A DNA stretch of 46,668 nt from Octopus sinensis. Taxonomy: Eukaryota. The DNA lies in NCBI RefSeq assembly GCF_006345805.1, contig NW_021834669.1, forward strand, positions 1 through 46,668, read 5' to 3'. Below the pieces are notes generated by a model, which saw nothing but the letters and a program-made list of their open reading frames with translations, ran no database searches and was not told the origin of the DNA. Numbering within the stretch: position 1 is the first letter of the stretch; the number at the start of each line of letters is the position of its first letter. The position numbers and the translations under genes are program-made. Positions 1 through 10,762 of the stretch are shown piece by piece.

Positions 1-183
1 AGCACGGCAAGTTCGTAAAGGATGTTACCTCGGGACAAATTCTGCAGTAAATGGACTGATGATAGTGTGTATACATTAAGCATGATACACAGATGACTAT
101 GTTAATTAAACATTGGTTTCAAATTTTCGCACGGGACTAGCGGTTTCGGGACAGTTAGTAAGACAATTACAGCAACCCCAGTG

Positions 184-253
184 ATCGACCCTGAAAGGAT
201 GTAAATCAAAGTCGACCTCGACGGACTTTGTCTTTCATCTTTTCGAGGTCGAT
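184..253. repeat. Head-to-head fragments of SINE family B (gtcgacctcggcggaatttgaactc family) forming a ~30-bp-arm hairpin
   Basis: atcgaccctgaaaggatgtaaatcaaagtc (184-213) is an imperfect reverse complement of gactttgtctttcatcttttcgaggtcgat (224-253). The same family recurs near 1490, 9170, 29390, 33250 and 46240-46600. Confidence 0.65.
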
Positions 254-317
254 AAAATAAGTAGCAGTTGATCCTAATTAAATATTTCTTCGAAAGTTTA
301 AACCGGGATATGGATGC

Positions 318-373
318 ATACATACATACATACATACATACATACATACATACATACATACATACATACATAC
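318..373. repeat. (TACA)n microsatellite
   Basis: Direct reading. Similar tracts at 1026-1077, 2007-2160, 3374-3540 and 17968-18140. Confidence 0.95.
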
Positions 374-389
374 ATCACGCATGTGATTA

Positions 390-955
390 AAAGCTGTCCT
401 AAAATGTCGTCACGATACTACTCTGTATGCGGCACAATGTTCTTGCTAAAACAATTTACAATGCCATCCACAAAAAAGACTGTCCTGAAATAAACTTAGA
501 AAACCCCTCTCTTATGGAATACATTCATAAACACTAACTCAAGGAATACTGGTGGAATATTCCCATCAAAACTTTTGTCCAATATAAACATAACAAGCCG
601 GCTATTGTTGTTTGGGTCAGAGGGGTAAAGGTATGTACCATCATAGAGGTTAGCTGCCCTGCAGATATAAATATCTCTTTGAAAATCAAAGAAAAACAGG
701 ATATCTACGGACAACTGCATGGATACCTGCAGCTTCTATATCCAGACTATGAATTCATATTTATACCAATAATAATTGGAGCACTAGGTTTCGTTAGTAA
801 ATGCTTAAAGGGTAAACTGGGATTTTCAGAAAGAGAAATTGACCGACTAATTCGTACAAGTGCAATCTGTGAGTGGAACAGTACAAATATGCAAGACTTT
901 TCTCAAGTTCCAATTGTGAATTTGTCCGTGTTAACTACGTCCCAAAGATAGAGCC
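390..955 (+). mobile_element. 3' fragment of an RLE-type non-LTR retrotransposon (R4/NeSL/R2-like superfamily), degenerate
   Basis: Manual translation across stops and frameshifts gives [22 protein letters not shown] (end of the CCHC knuckle plus RH motif), then EYWWNIPIKT..KHNKPAIVVW..CTIIEVSCPADINISLKIKEKQDIY..L..LYPDYEFIFIPIIIGALG. This is the PD..D/ExK restriction-like endonuclease pattern. Confidence 0.85.
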
Positions 956-1400
956 TTGAATCTTTGTTGGAAACCGGCTCCCTCTTCCATGGAAGATTTA
1001 TAATAATTAAAAAATAGAAGAGACACATACATACATACATACATACATACATACATACATACATACATACATACATAGGTTATGTACCAACAAATTTGCA
1101 TAAAAACCTAGAAACTCTATTTTCCACGGGAAAAGAGCGAAGAAACGAGCGCTGATTCTCCGAATGTAATCTATTAGTGGCACAGTGAAGATCTGAGATA
1201 TTCCAAAAATTCTTCTGGTGAGATTCTTATGTGAATAGATGCACACATTAAGGTGTATGCATCGAAAGTTCAACCAACACGCCAACTGATCCAAATATTT
1301 ACAAACACCGGAAACTCTCTTAACGCAAGAAATGTTGTTGCTTGTTTGCGACTGCCTTGAACTCTCTCAAGAAGCACTTAAATTAAACTCTAGGAAAAAT

Positions 1401-1431
<31 letters not shown>

Positions 1432-1860
1432 ACAGTTCATTATTTCTAACCCAATACTTTACACTCTCGATACAGGGACACGATGAAATGTAAAGTTGAC
1501 CTTGGAGGAATTTGAACTCAGGGTACAAAGCGGGATATCTAAATATTACAAGATTGTTCTTGCTCGATACACTTCTTGCGATTTTCTAATTCATCGTCCT
1601 AAACTGAAATATTGGCAAGCAATAAGCGTGGCATACTTGCCTCATTCAGCCACGCGTAGTTCGTTGCATCAAGCCTAAACGGATCCATTATGTTTCACGT
1701 ATGTGCGTGATGTTACAGATTTATTGAATAATGGCAACAAAACACTACAATTATTACAAGGGCAATTTGTGACATCAGAGAATAGTTTCCGACCGGATAT
1801 TGAAACTGGTTCGTGGGAAATGTATTACAGCACTAAATGAACCCGCAATAAATGTGTGTA

Positions 1861-1892
<32 letters not shown>

Positions 1893-2169
1893 TATATAGT
1901 TGACGGTGGATTAAAAATTACTTTCATCAATAGAGTGCTCATTATTTGAAAAGCTTCTCATTCTATAAATGTATCCATCTAACTGCTATTTCTGTTTGTT
2001 TCCATTACATACATACATACATACTTACATACATACTTACATACATACATACATATATACATACATGCATACATACATATATACATACATGCATACATAC
2101 ATACATACATACATGCATACATACATACATACATACATACATACATACATACATACATACATTGATAAT

Positions 2170-2311
2170 CGTATAGGTGTGTCTATGTGGTGATTCCCAA
2201 CTATATGCTCATGAGTTCAGTTCCACTGTTGAAACTTTGGGTACTATAGCCTCGGGCCTACCATGGCCCTGCGAGTGGATGTGGTAGACGGAAACTGCAC
2301 AAAGTCCGTCA

Positions 2312-2356
<45 letters not shown>

Positions 2357-2570
2357 TATTTGTGTGCTTGTGTGTGTCTTTGTCCTTCGTCACCGCTTCA
2401 CAATTAGTGTTGGTGTGTTCATATCCCAGTAACTTGGAGGTTCGGCAAAGGAAACCAAGAGAACGAGTACCAGGCTTTAAAGAAACAAGTACTGGGATTG
2501 AGTCATTCGACTAAAATCCTTCAAGGTGGCACTCCAGCATGGTCGCAATGTCTAATGACTGAAACAGGTG
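2170..2570 (+). mobile_element. Degraded SINE family A copy
   Basis: Shares ctatagcctcgggcc..gtggat.tggtagacggaaactg, an internal (TG)n and the tail ctccagcatggtcgca..aatgactgaaac with the 2597 and 5016 copies. Confidence 0.8.
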
Positions 2571-2596
2571 AATTAACAAAATATATATTTATATGT

Positions 2597-2748
2597 AGGC
2601 GTAGGATTGGCTGTGTGGTAAGTAGCTTGCTTACAAACTACATGGTTCCGGGTTCAGTCCCATTGCGTGGTACCTTAGGTAAGTGTCTTCTATTATAGCC
2701 TCGTGGATTTGGTAGACGGAAACTGAAAGAAGCCCGTTGTATATATGC

Positions 2749-2823
<75 letters not shown>

Positions 2824-3040
2824 TGTGTGTGTTTGTGTGTCTGTGTTCAACCCCCAGCATCACTTGACAACAGATGCTGCTGTGCTTACGTCCCCATAAC
2901 TTAGCGGTTCGGCAAAATACACTGATAGAATAAGTACTAGGCATACAAAGAATAAATCCTGGGGTTGAGTTGCTCGACTAAAGACGGTGCTCCAGCATGG
3001 CCACAGTCAAATGACTGGAACAAGTAAGAGAGTAAAGAGA
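2597..3040 (+). mobile_element. tRNA-derived SINE family A with internal (TA)/(TG)n microsatellite
   Basis: A-box-like tggctgtgtgg, B-box-like ggttcagtccc, CORE-like ccttaggtaagt (ccttgggcaagt in the other copies) and the 3' tail gcggtgctccagcatggcc.cagtcaaatgactg. At least 7 related copies occur in the window. Confidence 0.9.
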
Positions 3041-3577
3041 GATACACGCACGCACACACACATACACACACACATATATATATATAGTTATAAACATATA
3101 TATGCACCTATATATACATATATATAAAGACTAATATCAACTGCTTGACGCGATATAAGACCATAAAAGAAAAATTTAATCGTTACTAATTGTGAGTGAG
3201 GGTGCTGAATGGCATCTATATTGCAAGAAATAAGTGTTAAAACCCTTAATGCTGTATGAAGCATTATATATATATGTTGTACGCTTTATACAATATTAAA
3301 GATTTTAACTAATTTCTTGTAATATAAATGTTATTCAGAGCCTTCAGTCACAATTAGTGACCATTAAAAATGCACATACATACATACATACATACATACA
3401 TACATACATACATACATACATACATACATACATACATACATACATAAATACATACATGCATACATAAATATATAAATACATACATACATACATACATACA
3501 TACATACATACATACATACATACATACATACATACATACATAAATAGATGGCGTATTTTATAAATATGCCTATTCAA

Positions 3578-4210
3578 CAGTGGCGGCTCATTTATAGGGG
3601 CTGCAGAACTGCAGCACCTCCTATTTCCATTCGATATTATTGATATCTTTAATTCTTTCTTTATACTTGTACTTTATATAATCCTTAAGCTTAACGTCAG
3701 TAGCCATCTCCTAGTTTATGAAAAGAATACAAAAAAGAAATATGCGCCTCTCAGTTCCGGCACATGGTGCTTGGCTGTTGTGCGCATGCTCATTTCTCCA
3801 AGATAGGAAGCTTCACACAAGGGAGAGAGAGCACTGCGTAAACGACAGTGCCGGGTGAAAGGTAATGTTCCTTTTGGACTCCGCCTGTGTTGTGCTTCAA
3901 AACGTGTTTATATTCTTGAATGTGATAAAGCGTAGAATTAGATTATTAATCTGTTTCCGGCTTCAGTGTTGCTATCAGAATTTGCAAAATAGTGCACATT
4001 TCCCCACCTTATTTTGTGATTTAGGAGGGATTTTTGAAAAACAAGGGGGAATTCGCGTCGGTGTTCATTGGACAAATCACATACACTAAACGGCAGTGGC
4101 TAAAACACGAACCGATCAAGTTTGTGCATAATTTTTCTTTGTTTTTTTTTCTGTTTGTTTTCTTTTACCGAAGCAGCACCCCCACTAATTTTATCTACGA
4201 GCCACCACTG
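3578..4210. mobile_element. hAT-type non-autonomous DNA transposon (MITE), 633 bp
   Basis: TIRs cagtggcggctc and gagccaccactg (11/12 match). Flanking 8-bp TSD ctattcaa / ctgttcaa (7/8). An 8-bp TSD is typical of hAT. Confidence 0.85.
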
Positions 4211-4289
4211 CTGTTCAAGTATCATAATAGCATGAAATTTTAGTAGCTCTTTCGGTTGTGTATTTAATTTTATATATATATATATATAT

Positions 4290-4700
4290 ATAACAAAGTA
4301 AAGTTGTAAGGTACCGCACGAGTGGAAATATATATGAAAGAAGGTTTGAAAATGCAATTTTAAAGGTGTTTATTCACTTGACCGGTTTCACTTTTTTAGA
4401 AAAAGGTTGTCAAAAGTAACATGTAAAAGCTTTGTTGTGTTAGGTACAGGTTGTCACAAAATATTACAATACATATATACATTCTTTGATAATAACAAGA
4501 ACATGTTAAAAACAGTTTACAATGAAAAATCTTGGGAAAATACAAAAAAGTTCATTAAAATATTGGGCACAAAAAATTACAAAACATATATACATTCTTT
4601 GATAATAAGAAGAAAATGTTAAAAACAGTTTACAGAAAAACATTTTTTGAGAAATTATTAACAAGTTCATCGAACCTATTAGGATTTCATTAGAAATCAT
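4290..4700 (-). mobile_element. Dispersed repeat carrying a hammerhead-like motif (probably Penelope-like-element derived), copy 1
   Basis: Homologous to 39880-40490 (gtaccgcacgagtgga...gaaggtttgaaaatgcaatt...accggtttcac...gtcaaaagtaacatg). Internal direct repeat of ~114 bp period. Abuts a (TA)n tract. Confidence 0.65.
4374..4419 (-). ncRNA. Minimal type I hammerhead ribozyme-like motif, U3-A8 variant
   Basis: Minus strand reads TTACTT-TTGACAA-c(CTTTTT ct a AAAAAG)t-GAAAC-CG-GT-C-AAGTGA. Stem I has 6 bp including one G-U, the cleavage triplet is GUC, and there is a C-U mismatch at the base of stem II. Confidence 0.55.
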
Positions 4701-4720
4701 GTTTGTTTCTAAATATCTAT

Positions 4721-5017
4721 CTATATATACACAGAAGATTATAAGTTCAAAAAGGTCATATTTTTGTAGTATATATATACACACAGAAAGAGATATACTT
4801 AGTTTACAAAGAATTTTGGATCAACTGACCTGTTTCACCATTTTATCGTAAAAGTCTATGTTTTTTATCGTAAAAGACTGTCTTTTATGATAAAATGGTG
4901 AAACAGGTCAGTTCATCCTAAATTCTTTGTATACTAAGTATATCTCTTTCTGTGTGTATATATATGCTACTAAAATATGACCTTTTTGAACTTATAATTT
5001 TCTGTGTATATATATAG
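4721..5017. mobile_element. Foldback / palindromic element, ~135-bp arms and ~27-bp spacer
   Basis: 4721-4854 is a highly similar reverse complement of 4882-5017 (for example caactgacctgtttcaccattttatc / gataaaatggtgaaacaggtcagtt). Confidence 0.85.
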
Positions 5018-5453
5018 GCGTAGGAGTGGCTATGGTAAGTAGCTTGATTACCAACCACATGGTTCCGGGTTCAGACCCACTGCGTGGCACCTTGGGCAAG
5101 TGTCTTCTACTATAGCCTCGAGGCGACCAAAGCCTTGTGAGAGGATTTGGTTGACGGAAACTGAAAAAAGCCCCTCGTATATATGTATATATATATATGT
5201 GTGTGTGGTGTGTGTGTGTGTGTGTGGTGTGTGTGTGTGTGTGTGTGTGTGTTTGTGTGTCTGTGTTTGTTCCCCCAACATCGCTTGTCAACTGATGCTG
5301 GTGTGTTTACGTCGCCGTAACTTAGCGGTTCGGCAAAAAAGACCGATAGAATAAGTTCAAAGAATAAGTTCTGGGGTCGATTTGCTCGACTAAAGGCGGT
5401 TCTCTAGCGTGGCCACAGTCAAATGACTGAAACAAGTAAAAGAGAGTAAAGAG

Positions 5454-5456
<3 letters not shown>
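5016..5456 (+). mobile_element. SINE family A, full length
   Basis: Head, internal (TG)n and tail as in the 2597 copy; ends in gtaaaagagagtaaagagt repeats. Confidence 0.9.
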
Positions 5457-5525
<69 letters not shown>

Positions 5526-5554
5526 TATACATATATATATACATATATACACAC

Positions 5555-5586
<32 letters not shown>

Positions 5587-5695
5587 GTATGCATGTATGT
5601 ATGTATGTATGTATGTATGTATGTATGTATATGTATGTATGTATATATATATGTGTGTGTATATGTGTGTGTGTGTATGTGTGTGTGTATACTGA
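5455..5695. repeat. Compound (TA)n/(TATG)n/(TG)n microsatellite
   Basis: Direct reading. Confidence 0.95.
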
Positions 5696-5704
5696 CACAC
5701 ATAT

Positions 5705-6045
5705 ACTCAGGGTGTCCTAGTATTAACTATCTATTTCAATGAAATCAGGCAATTATAAAAATATTGACAGAATTTTATGCCTATTATTTAATCATAATAC
5801 AAAAACAAAAAGCTCTATAAATCGTGCGTCAAAGTTTTATCGAAAAATTTCAACATTCGCTCCTTTTGTTTTCCTACAAATTTCAAATTTATTCTTAGTG
5901 TTGTAAAATATATTTTGAAGTATTTCAGGAGTTATCTCCGGCACAGCTAACTGAATGAGTTCTTTAAGCTCACCTTAACTATTGTTCTTCCTGGGAATGG
6001 ACGTAGAGAAAATGGTTGCAGCCAAATTGAAGGAAAACTATATTA
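5705..6045. mobile_element. Dispersed repeat, possibly a Tc1/mariner-type terminal fragment; second copy at 30480-30780
   Basis: attaactat..ttcaatgaaatcaggcaa.ttataaaaatattgacagaatt and gctaactgaatgagttctttaagct..gagaaaatg.ttgcagccaaattgaa are shared with 30480-30780. Begins cagggtgtcc, which resembles Tc1/mariner TIR starts. Confidence 0.5.
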
Positions 6046-6159
6046 TTATTGTGAGGTATACTTGCCATCTCAATATGGCTAACCACTAAGGGTGGGTGTT
6101 ACTGTAGCTTATATCTCGTTCAGAGATTTATTATATATTATTATTACTATATTATTATT

Positions 6160-7130
6160 TTTTTTCTTCTTCTTTCAAATTTGCTTCCATTTCTTGCCGA
6201 GTGTCTTCCCGACTCCTAGGGCAAAGAAACTCATAGTATACATTGGTAGGCCATTAAACTAAACTCACTAGTTCGTTCATTTTTTCTTTAAAGTTAAATT
6301 AAAATACATGGGTAGTAATAGTTCTCACATCGACAATGCTCTTCTCAATACGTGTGATGTACCAGTTAAGACAATCTTTTGCATTTCATGCAGGGATGGT
6401 AAGCCAGGGATCATTCTCATATAATTTTCGGTTCCCTTCTTGATCATTCCTAGTGCTCCTACGATCACTGGTATTGTAACCGCCTTGAGATGCCACATTT
6501 TCTCAATTTCAATGAGCAGGTCTTTATATTTCCTGAGCTTCTCAAACTCTTTCGCCGAAATATTATGATCACAGGGGATGCTCATGTCGATCAATAAGCA
6601 TACTTTATTGTTTTGGTCTTTCACAACAATATCCGGATTAGTGGCTTTGATGGTTCGGTCTGTATGTACTGGAAAGTCCCACAGAATCGTTACATTTTTT
6701 CCTTCAGTTACAGCTTCAGGTTGGTGATTATACCACTTGTCGGCAGTTTTGATATTGTAATGCCGACTTTATTAGCCAGTGTAGATATTGGCCAACTCTG
6801 TCATGTCTTAATTTATACTCCACTGGTGCTAAGACTTTACATCCAGAGATTAGGTGGTCCACTGTTTCAATCATGTCGTTGTAGAATCGGCATTTTGGGT
6901 CTGCTCCATTTTTCATCACATTGGCCTGGTAGTTCCGGGTTAATAGGCTTTGATCTTGAGCAGCCAGGATGAAACCTTCGCTCTCTGCTTTTAGCCCTGA
7001 GCTCCGTAGCCACTGATGGGTTTGCTTCTGGTCAACATCAGCTTGTTTGCTACGGGCCACATATTTGCCGTACAGAGGTTTCTCCTCCCACCTATCAGCC
7101 AATTGCTCGTGCGCTTTTTTCGTTGCCATT
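6160..7130 (-). mobile_element. 5'-truncated R4/Dong-like RLE LINE
   Basis: WEEKPLYGKY..WLRSSGLKAESEGFILAAQDQSLLTRNY..DPKCRF...ETVDHLISGC..YKLRHDRVGQYLHW (zinc knuckle), followed by PDIVVK..LIDMSIPCDHNISAKEFEKLRKYKDL..VIVGALG (RLE). (AAT)n-like tracts lie at both ends. Confidence 0.92.
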
Positions 7131-7159
7131 ATTTTTTATTATTATTATTATTATTATCA

Positions 7160-7195
<36 letters not shown>

Positions 7196-7197
7196 CG

Positions 7198-7520
7198 AGT
7201 GACAGAGCAGCGCAAGCCATCAAAATGTCACTGGGGTACAATTATACGAAGCCCAATATACCCATCATGACTACCCATCTAATAAGGGTACACTAGGCAC
7301 ATGCACCACACCAATGTGTGCACGACATGGTGATCTGATATCAAGATAAACAGTGCATGACCTTGCAGGTGGGGCCAAGTTAGAATTTTCTTCAGGTTGA
7401 GTAGCCCATCCCGCTCAAAATCTCCCTGAATAAGGTTTGTTTACGAATGATGAACGAAGCACCGATGTATCCAGAGGTGAATTATTCAAACCGCAAAGAA
7501 TTCTCCTCAACACATGGTTA
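7198..7520 (-). repeat. Dispersed repeat family C (unclassified retroposon-like, ends at a trinucleotide tract); second copy at 45915-46135
   Basis: atacgaagcccaatat.cccatcatgact.ccc..ct.ataagg and gacatggtgatct.atatcaagataa..gaccttgcaggtgggg are shared with 45915-46135. Confidence 0.75.
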
Positions 7521-7639
7521 GTAAAAAGACAAGCAATTGGAAAGCAGCAGGTGTTCAAGGATTTTGCATTAAAAAAGTTCAGTAGTTGCCATAAATTGAT
7601 CGCAGGGCAATTTAACGCATTGAACAATGGAGAAGAATA

Positions 7640-9060
7640 AGTCCCATGCTGGTTGATAAAAGGAAGAACGGTGTTGTGCCTGAATGATGCATCAAAGGGA
7701 AATACTGCTGACAATTACATACCAATTTCTTGCCTCCCATTAATGTGTAAGTTACTGTCAGGAGGAATTGGAGAAGAATTGTACAAATTTCTTGATGATA
7801 ATGATATATTACCGACGAAACAAAAAGGCTGTAGAAGGAGATGCAAAGGTACCAAAAGATCAATTATTGATAGACAAAATGGTAATGTAAGATTGTAAAC
7901 GAAAGAGAACACATTTGGATTGATTATCGCAAAGCTTATTATATGATTCCACATTCGTGGATCATCGAGTGCTTAGATCTGTTTGGAATTGGGAGGAATG
8001 TAACATGTTTCCTGAAGGGAAGTATGGTTAGGTGGAAAACTGAATTGACATCTTATGGGGAAAGCTTTGGCACCCTGGGTATCAAAAGAGGGATTGTCCA
8101 GGTTGATAGCTTATCTCCGTTGCTTTTTCTTCTCTCCATGGTACTAGTAACCTTGGTACTTAGGAAACTGAATCTGGTGTACCAACTAAAGAACTAAAGG
8201 GAAAATCCCAAATAATAAACCAACTCCTCTTCATGGATGATTTGAAAATGTATGGCAAGGATGATACACAAGTAAGTTCCTTGCTGAACACGGTCCACTG
8301 TGTTAGTGCTGATATTAGAATGGAATTTGGACTGAAGAAGTGCGGAATAATCTACCTAAAAAGAAGCAAAGTACAATCTTAGCAGGGATATAATTACCGA
8401 ATGGAGAATTGATTAAACAAATTTAAATGGAAGGATACAAATACCTTGGTGTACTAGAGTTCAACGAGATAATGAAGAAGGAAATGAAAGAGCAACTGAG
8501 GATGGAGTATTTCCGAAGACTGAGGTTAATGTTGCACTCAAAATTGACTGGACGGAATAAAATACAAGCAGTTCATACGCGGGCGATACCACGTATTAAA
8601 AATTTAAAGAAGAAATGAACACGAAAAACGAAAAATCATGGAAGGAAAAATGTAAGGTCAGTTTGCAAGAGATGTGAACACCAAGACAGATACAGAGTAG
8701 CGGTGGCTATGGATGAGGGGGGTGACCTGAAGATAGAGATAGAAGCACTTATATGTTAAATGCAGGATAGACAACACTACCGACAGCGACAAATGCAGAA
8801 TGTTGTGGTCAATGAAGAGAGTAGACGTGATACCAGTAATAATTGGTGCACTTGGAAGTATCAACGCTCAACTACCAATATGGCTGAAAAATATCGGTGC
8901 AAGTGTGAAGGTAGAATAACTATAAAAATCAACATTGCTTGGAACTGCAAGAATTCTTCACAGGGTTCTTGAAGTATGACCAGTAAACAAGTATCACCTT
9001 AGTTTGCTGGCTGCGGACAGCTGACACGTTCCATCACACTCTGCAAAATAAGCTGTGTGT
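7640..9060 (+). mobile_element. R4/Dong-like RLE LINE fragment with a degenerate RT and internal deletions
   Basis: [73 protein letters not shown] and YKYLGVLE, followed by a shortened C-terminus VDVIPVIIGALGS..STLLGTARILHRVL. Multiple stops and frameshifts. Confidence 0.92.
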
Positions 9061-9074
9061 TTTCATCACAAAAT

Positions 9075-9277
9075 AATGATAATCCTTTCTACAAAAGGCA
9101 CAAAGCCTTAAGTATGGTGGAAGGAGACTGGTCAATTACATCGACCCCAGTGCATAACTGGTACTTAATTCATCGGCCCCGAAAGGATGAATGGCAAAGT
9201 CGACCTCAGTGGAATTTGAACTCACAACGTAAAAACGGTCGGAATACCGCTAAGAATTTTACCCGGTGCGTTAACGA
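9075..9277 (-). mobile_element. SINE family B copy
   Basis: ggcacaaagcc..tcgaccccagtgcataactggtacttaatt..cccgaaaggatgaatggcaaagtcgacctcagtggaatttgaactc. Confidence 0.75.
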
Positions 9278-9302
9278 TTATTATTATTATTATTATTATT
9301 AT

Positions 9303-9333
<31 letters not shown>

Positions 9334-9449
9334 AAGAAGAAGAAGAAGAAGAAGAAGAAGAAGAAGAAGAAGAAGAAGAAGAAGAAGAAGAAGAAGAAGA
9401 AGAAGAAGAAGAAGAAGAAGAAGAAGAAGAAGAAGAAGAAGAAGAAGAA
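9278..9449. repeat. (TTA)n followed by a pure (AAG)n tract of ~146 bp
   Basis: Direct reading. Confidence 0.97.
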
Positions 9450-9785
9450 CGCGACTGTTATTGGTAATAAATAGAGATTGACTCTATTAAAATGAAAATG
9501 ACACGAATGAACACTGTTTCGACACTCCGAGTATCTTGTAACCGTTCAAAATATAAAATGAAATGAAATTCAAAGATAGGAAGCGCTGATACCTTCAAAA
9601 TTAAACCGGATTAACTGCATTTCTTTCCAGCTGACGTCATCAGTCTTCGGTCTTTCACAAAAGGTAGCAGAAAGAAGGAAAGAAAGAAAAAGCAATCTCT
9701 GTTTATTACCAATAACAGTCGCACTCTTATTGTTTTTTTACCTTTGTGAAGAGAAACTTCAACCTTGATATAAAAATAATAATAA

Positions 9786-10660
9786 TGAGGACCGGTGGCT
9801 ATGGATGAGAATGAGTCACTGACGTATACAGAGGACCGGTAGCTATGGATGAGATTGTGGGATCGACAGATACAGAGAACCGGTGGAGATGAGAGGGAGT
9901 GACCTGAAGATAAAGACTGTAGCACTCATATACGCTGCTCAGGTACAAGCGTTAAGGACCAATTGTATGAGGTGCAGAATTGACAACACTACCGACAGCG
10001 ATAGATGCAGAATGTGTGGTGAGAGGGGTGAAACGGTAAGGCACATCGTTAACGAACGCCCGAAATTGGCACAACACGAATAAAAAAGACGCCATGACAG
10101 CATAGCAAGAATGATTCATTGGGATTTCTGTGGAAATCACGGCCTACAAAGAGCAAAGACGTGATATGAGAAAACCCCAGGAGTTACCGAAAATGAGAAC
10201 TGCAAAATCCTGTGGGGCGTAATGATCCAGTGCGATCACCTGACCAGACATAGGAAACCGGACATTGTTGTGGTGAATAATAAAGAAAGAACATGCATTA
10301 TTATCAACATAGCATGTCCCAGTGGCAACAGGATCAATGAGAAAGAAGAAGAAAAATTATACAACTATGACGATTTAAAGTGGGAAATACGAAGGTTGTG
10401 GTCAAAGAGGAGAGTAGACGTTATACTAATAGTAATTGGTGCACTTGGAAGTATCAGCACTCAACTACCAGCATGGCTGAAAAAGACTGGTGCAAGTGTG
10501 AAGGTAGAACACCTACAAAAATGAACATTGCTTGGAACTACAAGAATTCTTCGCAGAGTTCTTGAAGCATGACCAGTAAACAAGAATCATCTTAATCTGC
10601 TGGCTGCGGACAGCTGACACGTTCCATCATACCCTGCAAAATAAACTGTGATTTTTCATA
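9786..10660 (+). mobile_element. 5'-truncated R4/Dong-like RLE LINE, same family as 7640-9060
   Basis: DLKIKTVALIYAAQVQALRTN..DRCRMCGERGETVRHIVNE, RHDS, IQCDHLTRHRKPDIVVVN..IINIACPSGNRINEKEEEK, VIGALGS. The 3'UTR matches 8975-9060. (AAT)n on both sides. Confidence 0.92.
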
Positions 10661-10705
10661 TAATAATAATAATAATAATAAAATAATAACAACAACAACA
10701 ACAAC

Positions 10706-10758
<53 letters not shown>

Positions 10759-10762
10759 TAAT
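10657..10762. repeat. (AAT)n/(AAC)n tract shared by two tail-to-tail LINEs
   Basis: Direct reading. Confidence 0.9.

Noticed and set aside
2597-2675. tRNA-like sequences at SINE heads (also 5016, 13474, 41631)
   Set aside because: They have A/B boxes but no complete cloverleaf, and they continue into SINE bodies, so they are not tRNA genes.
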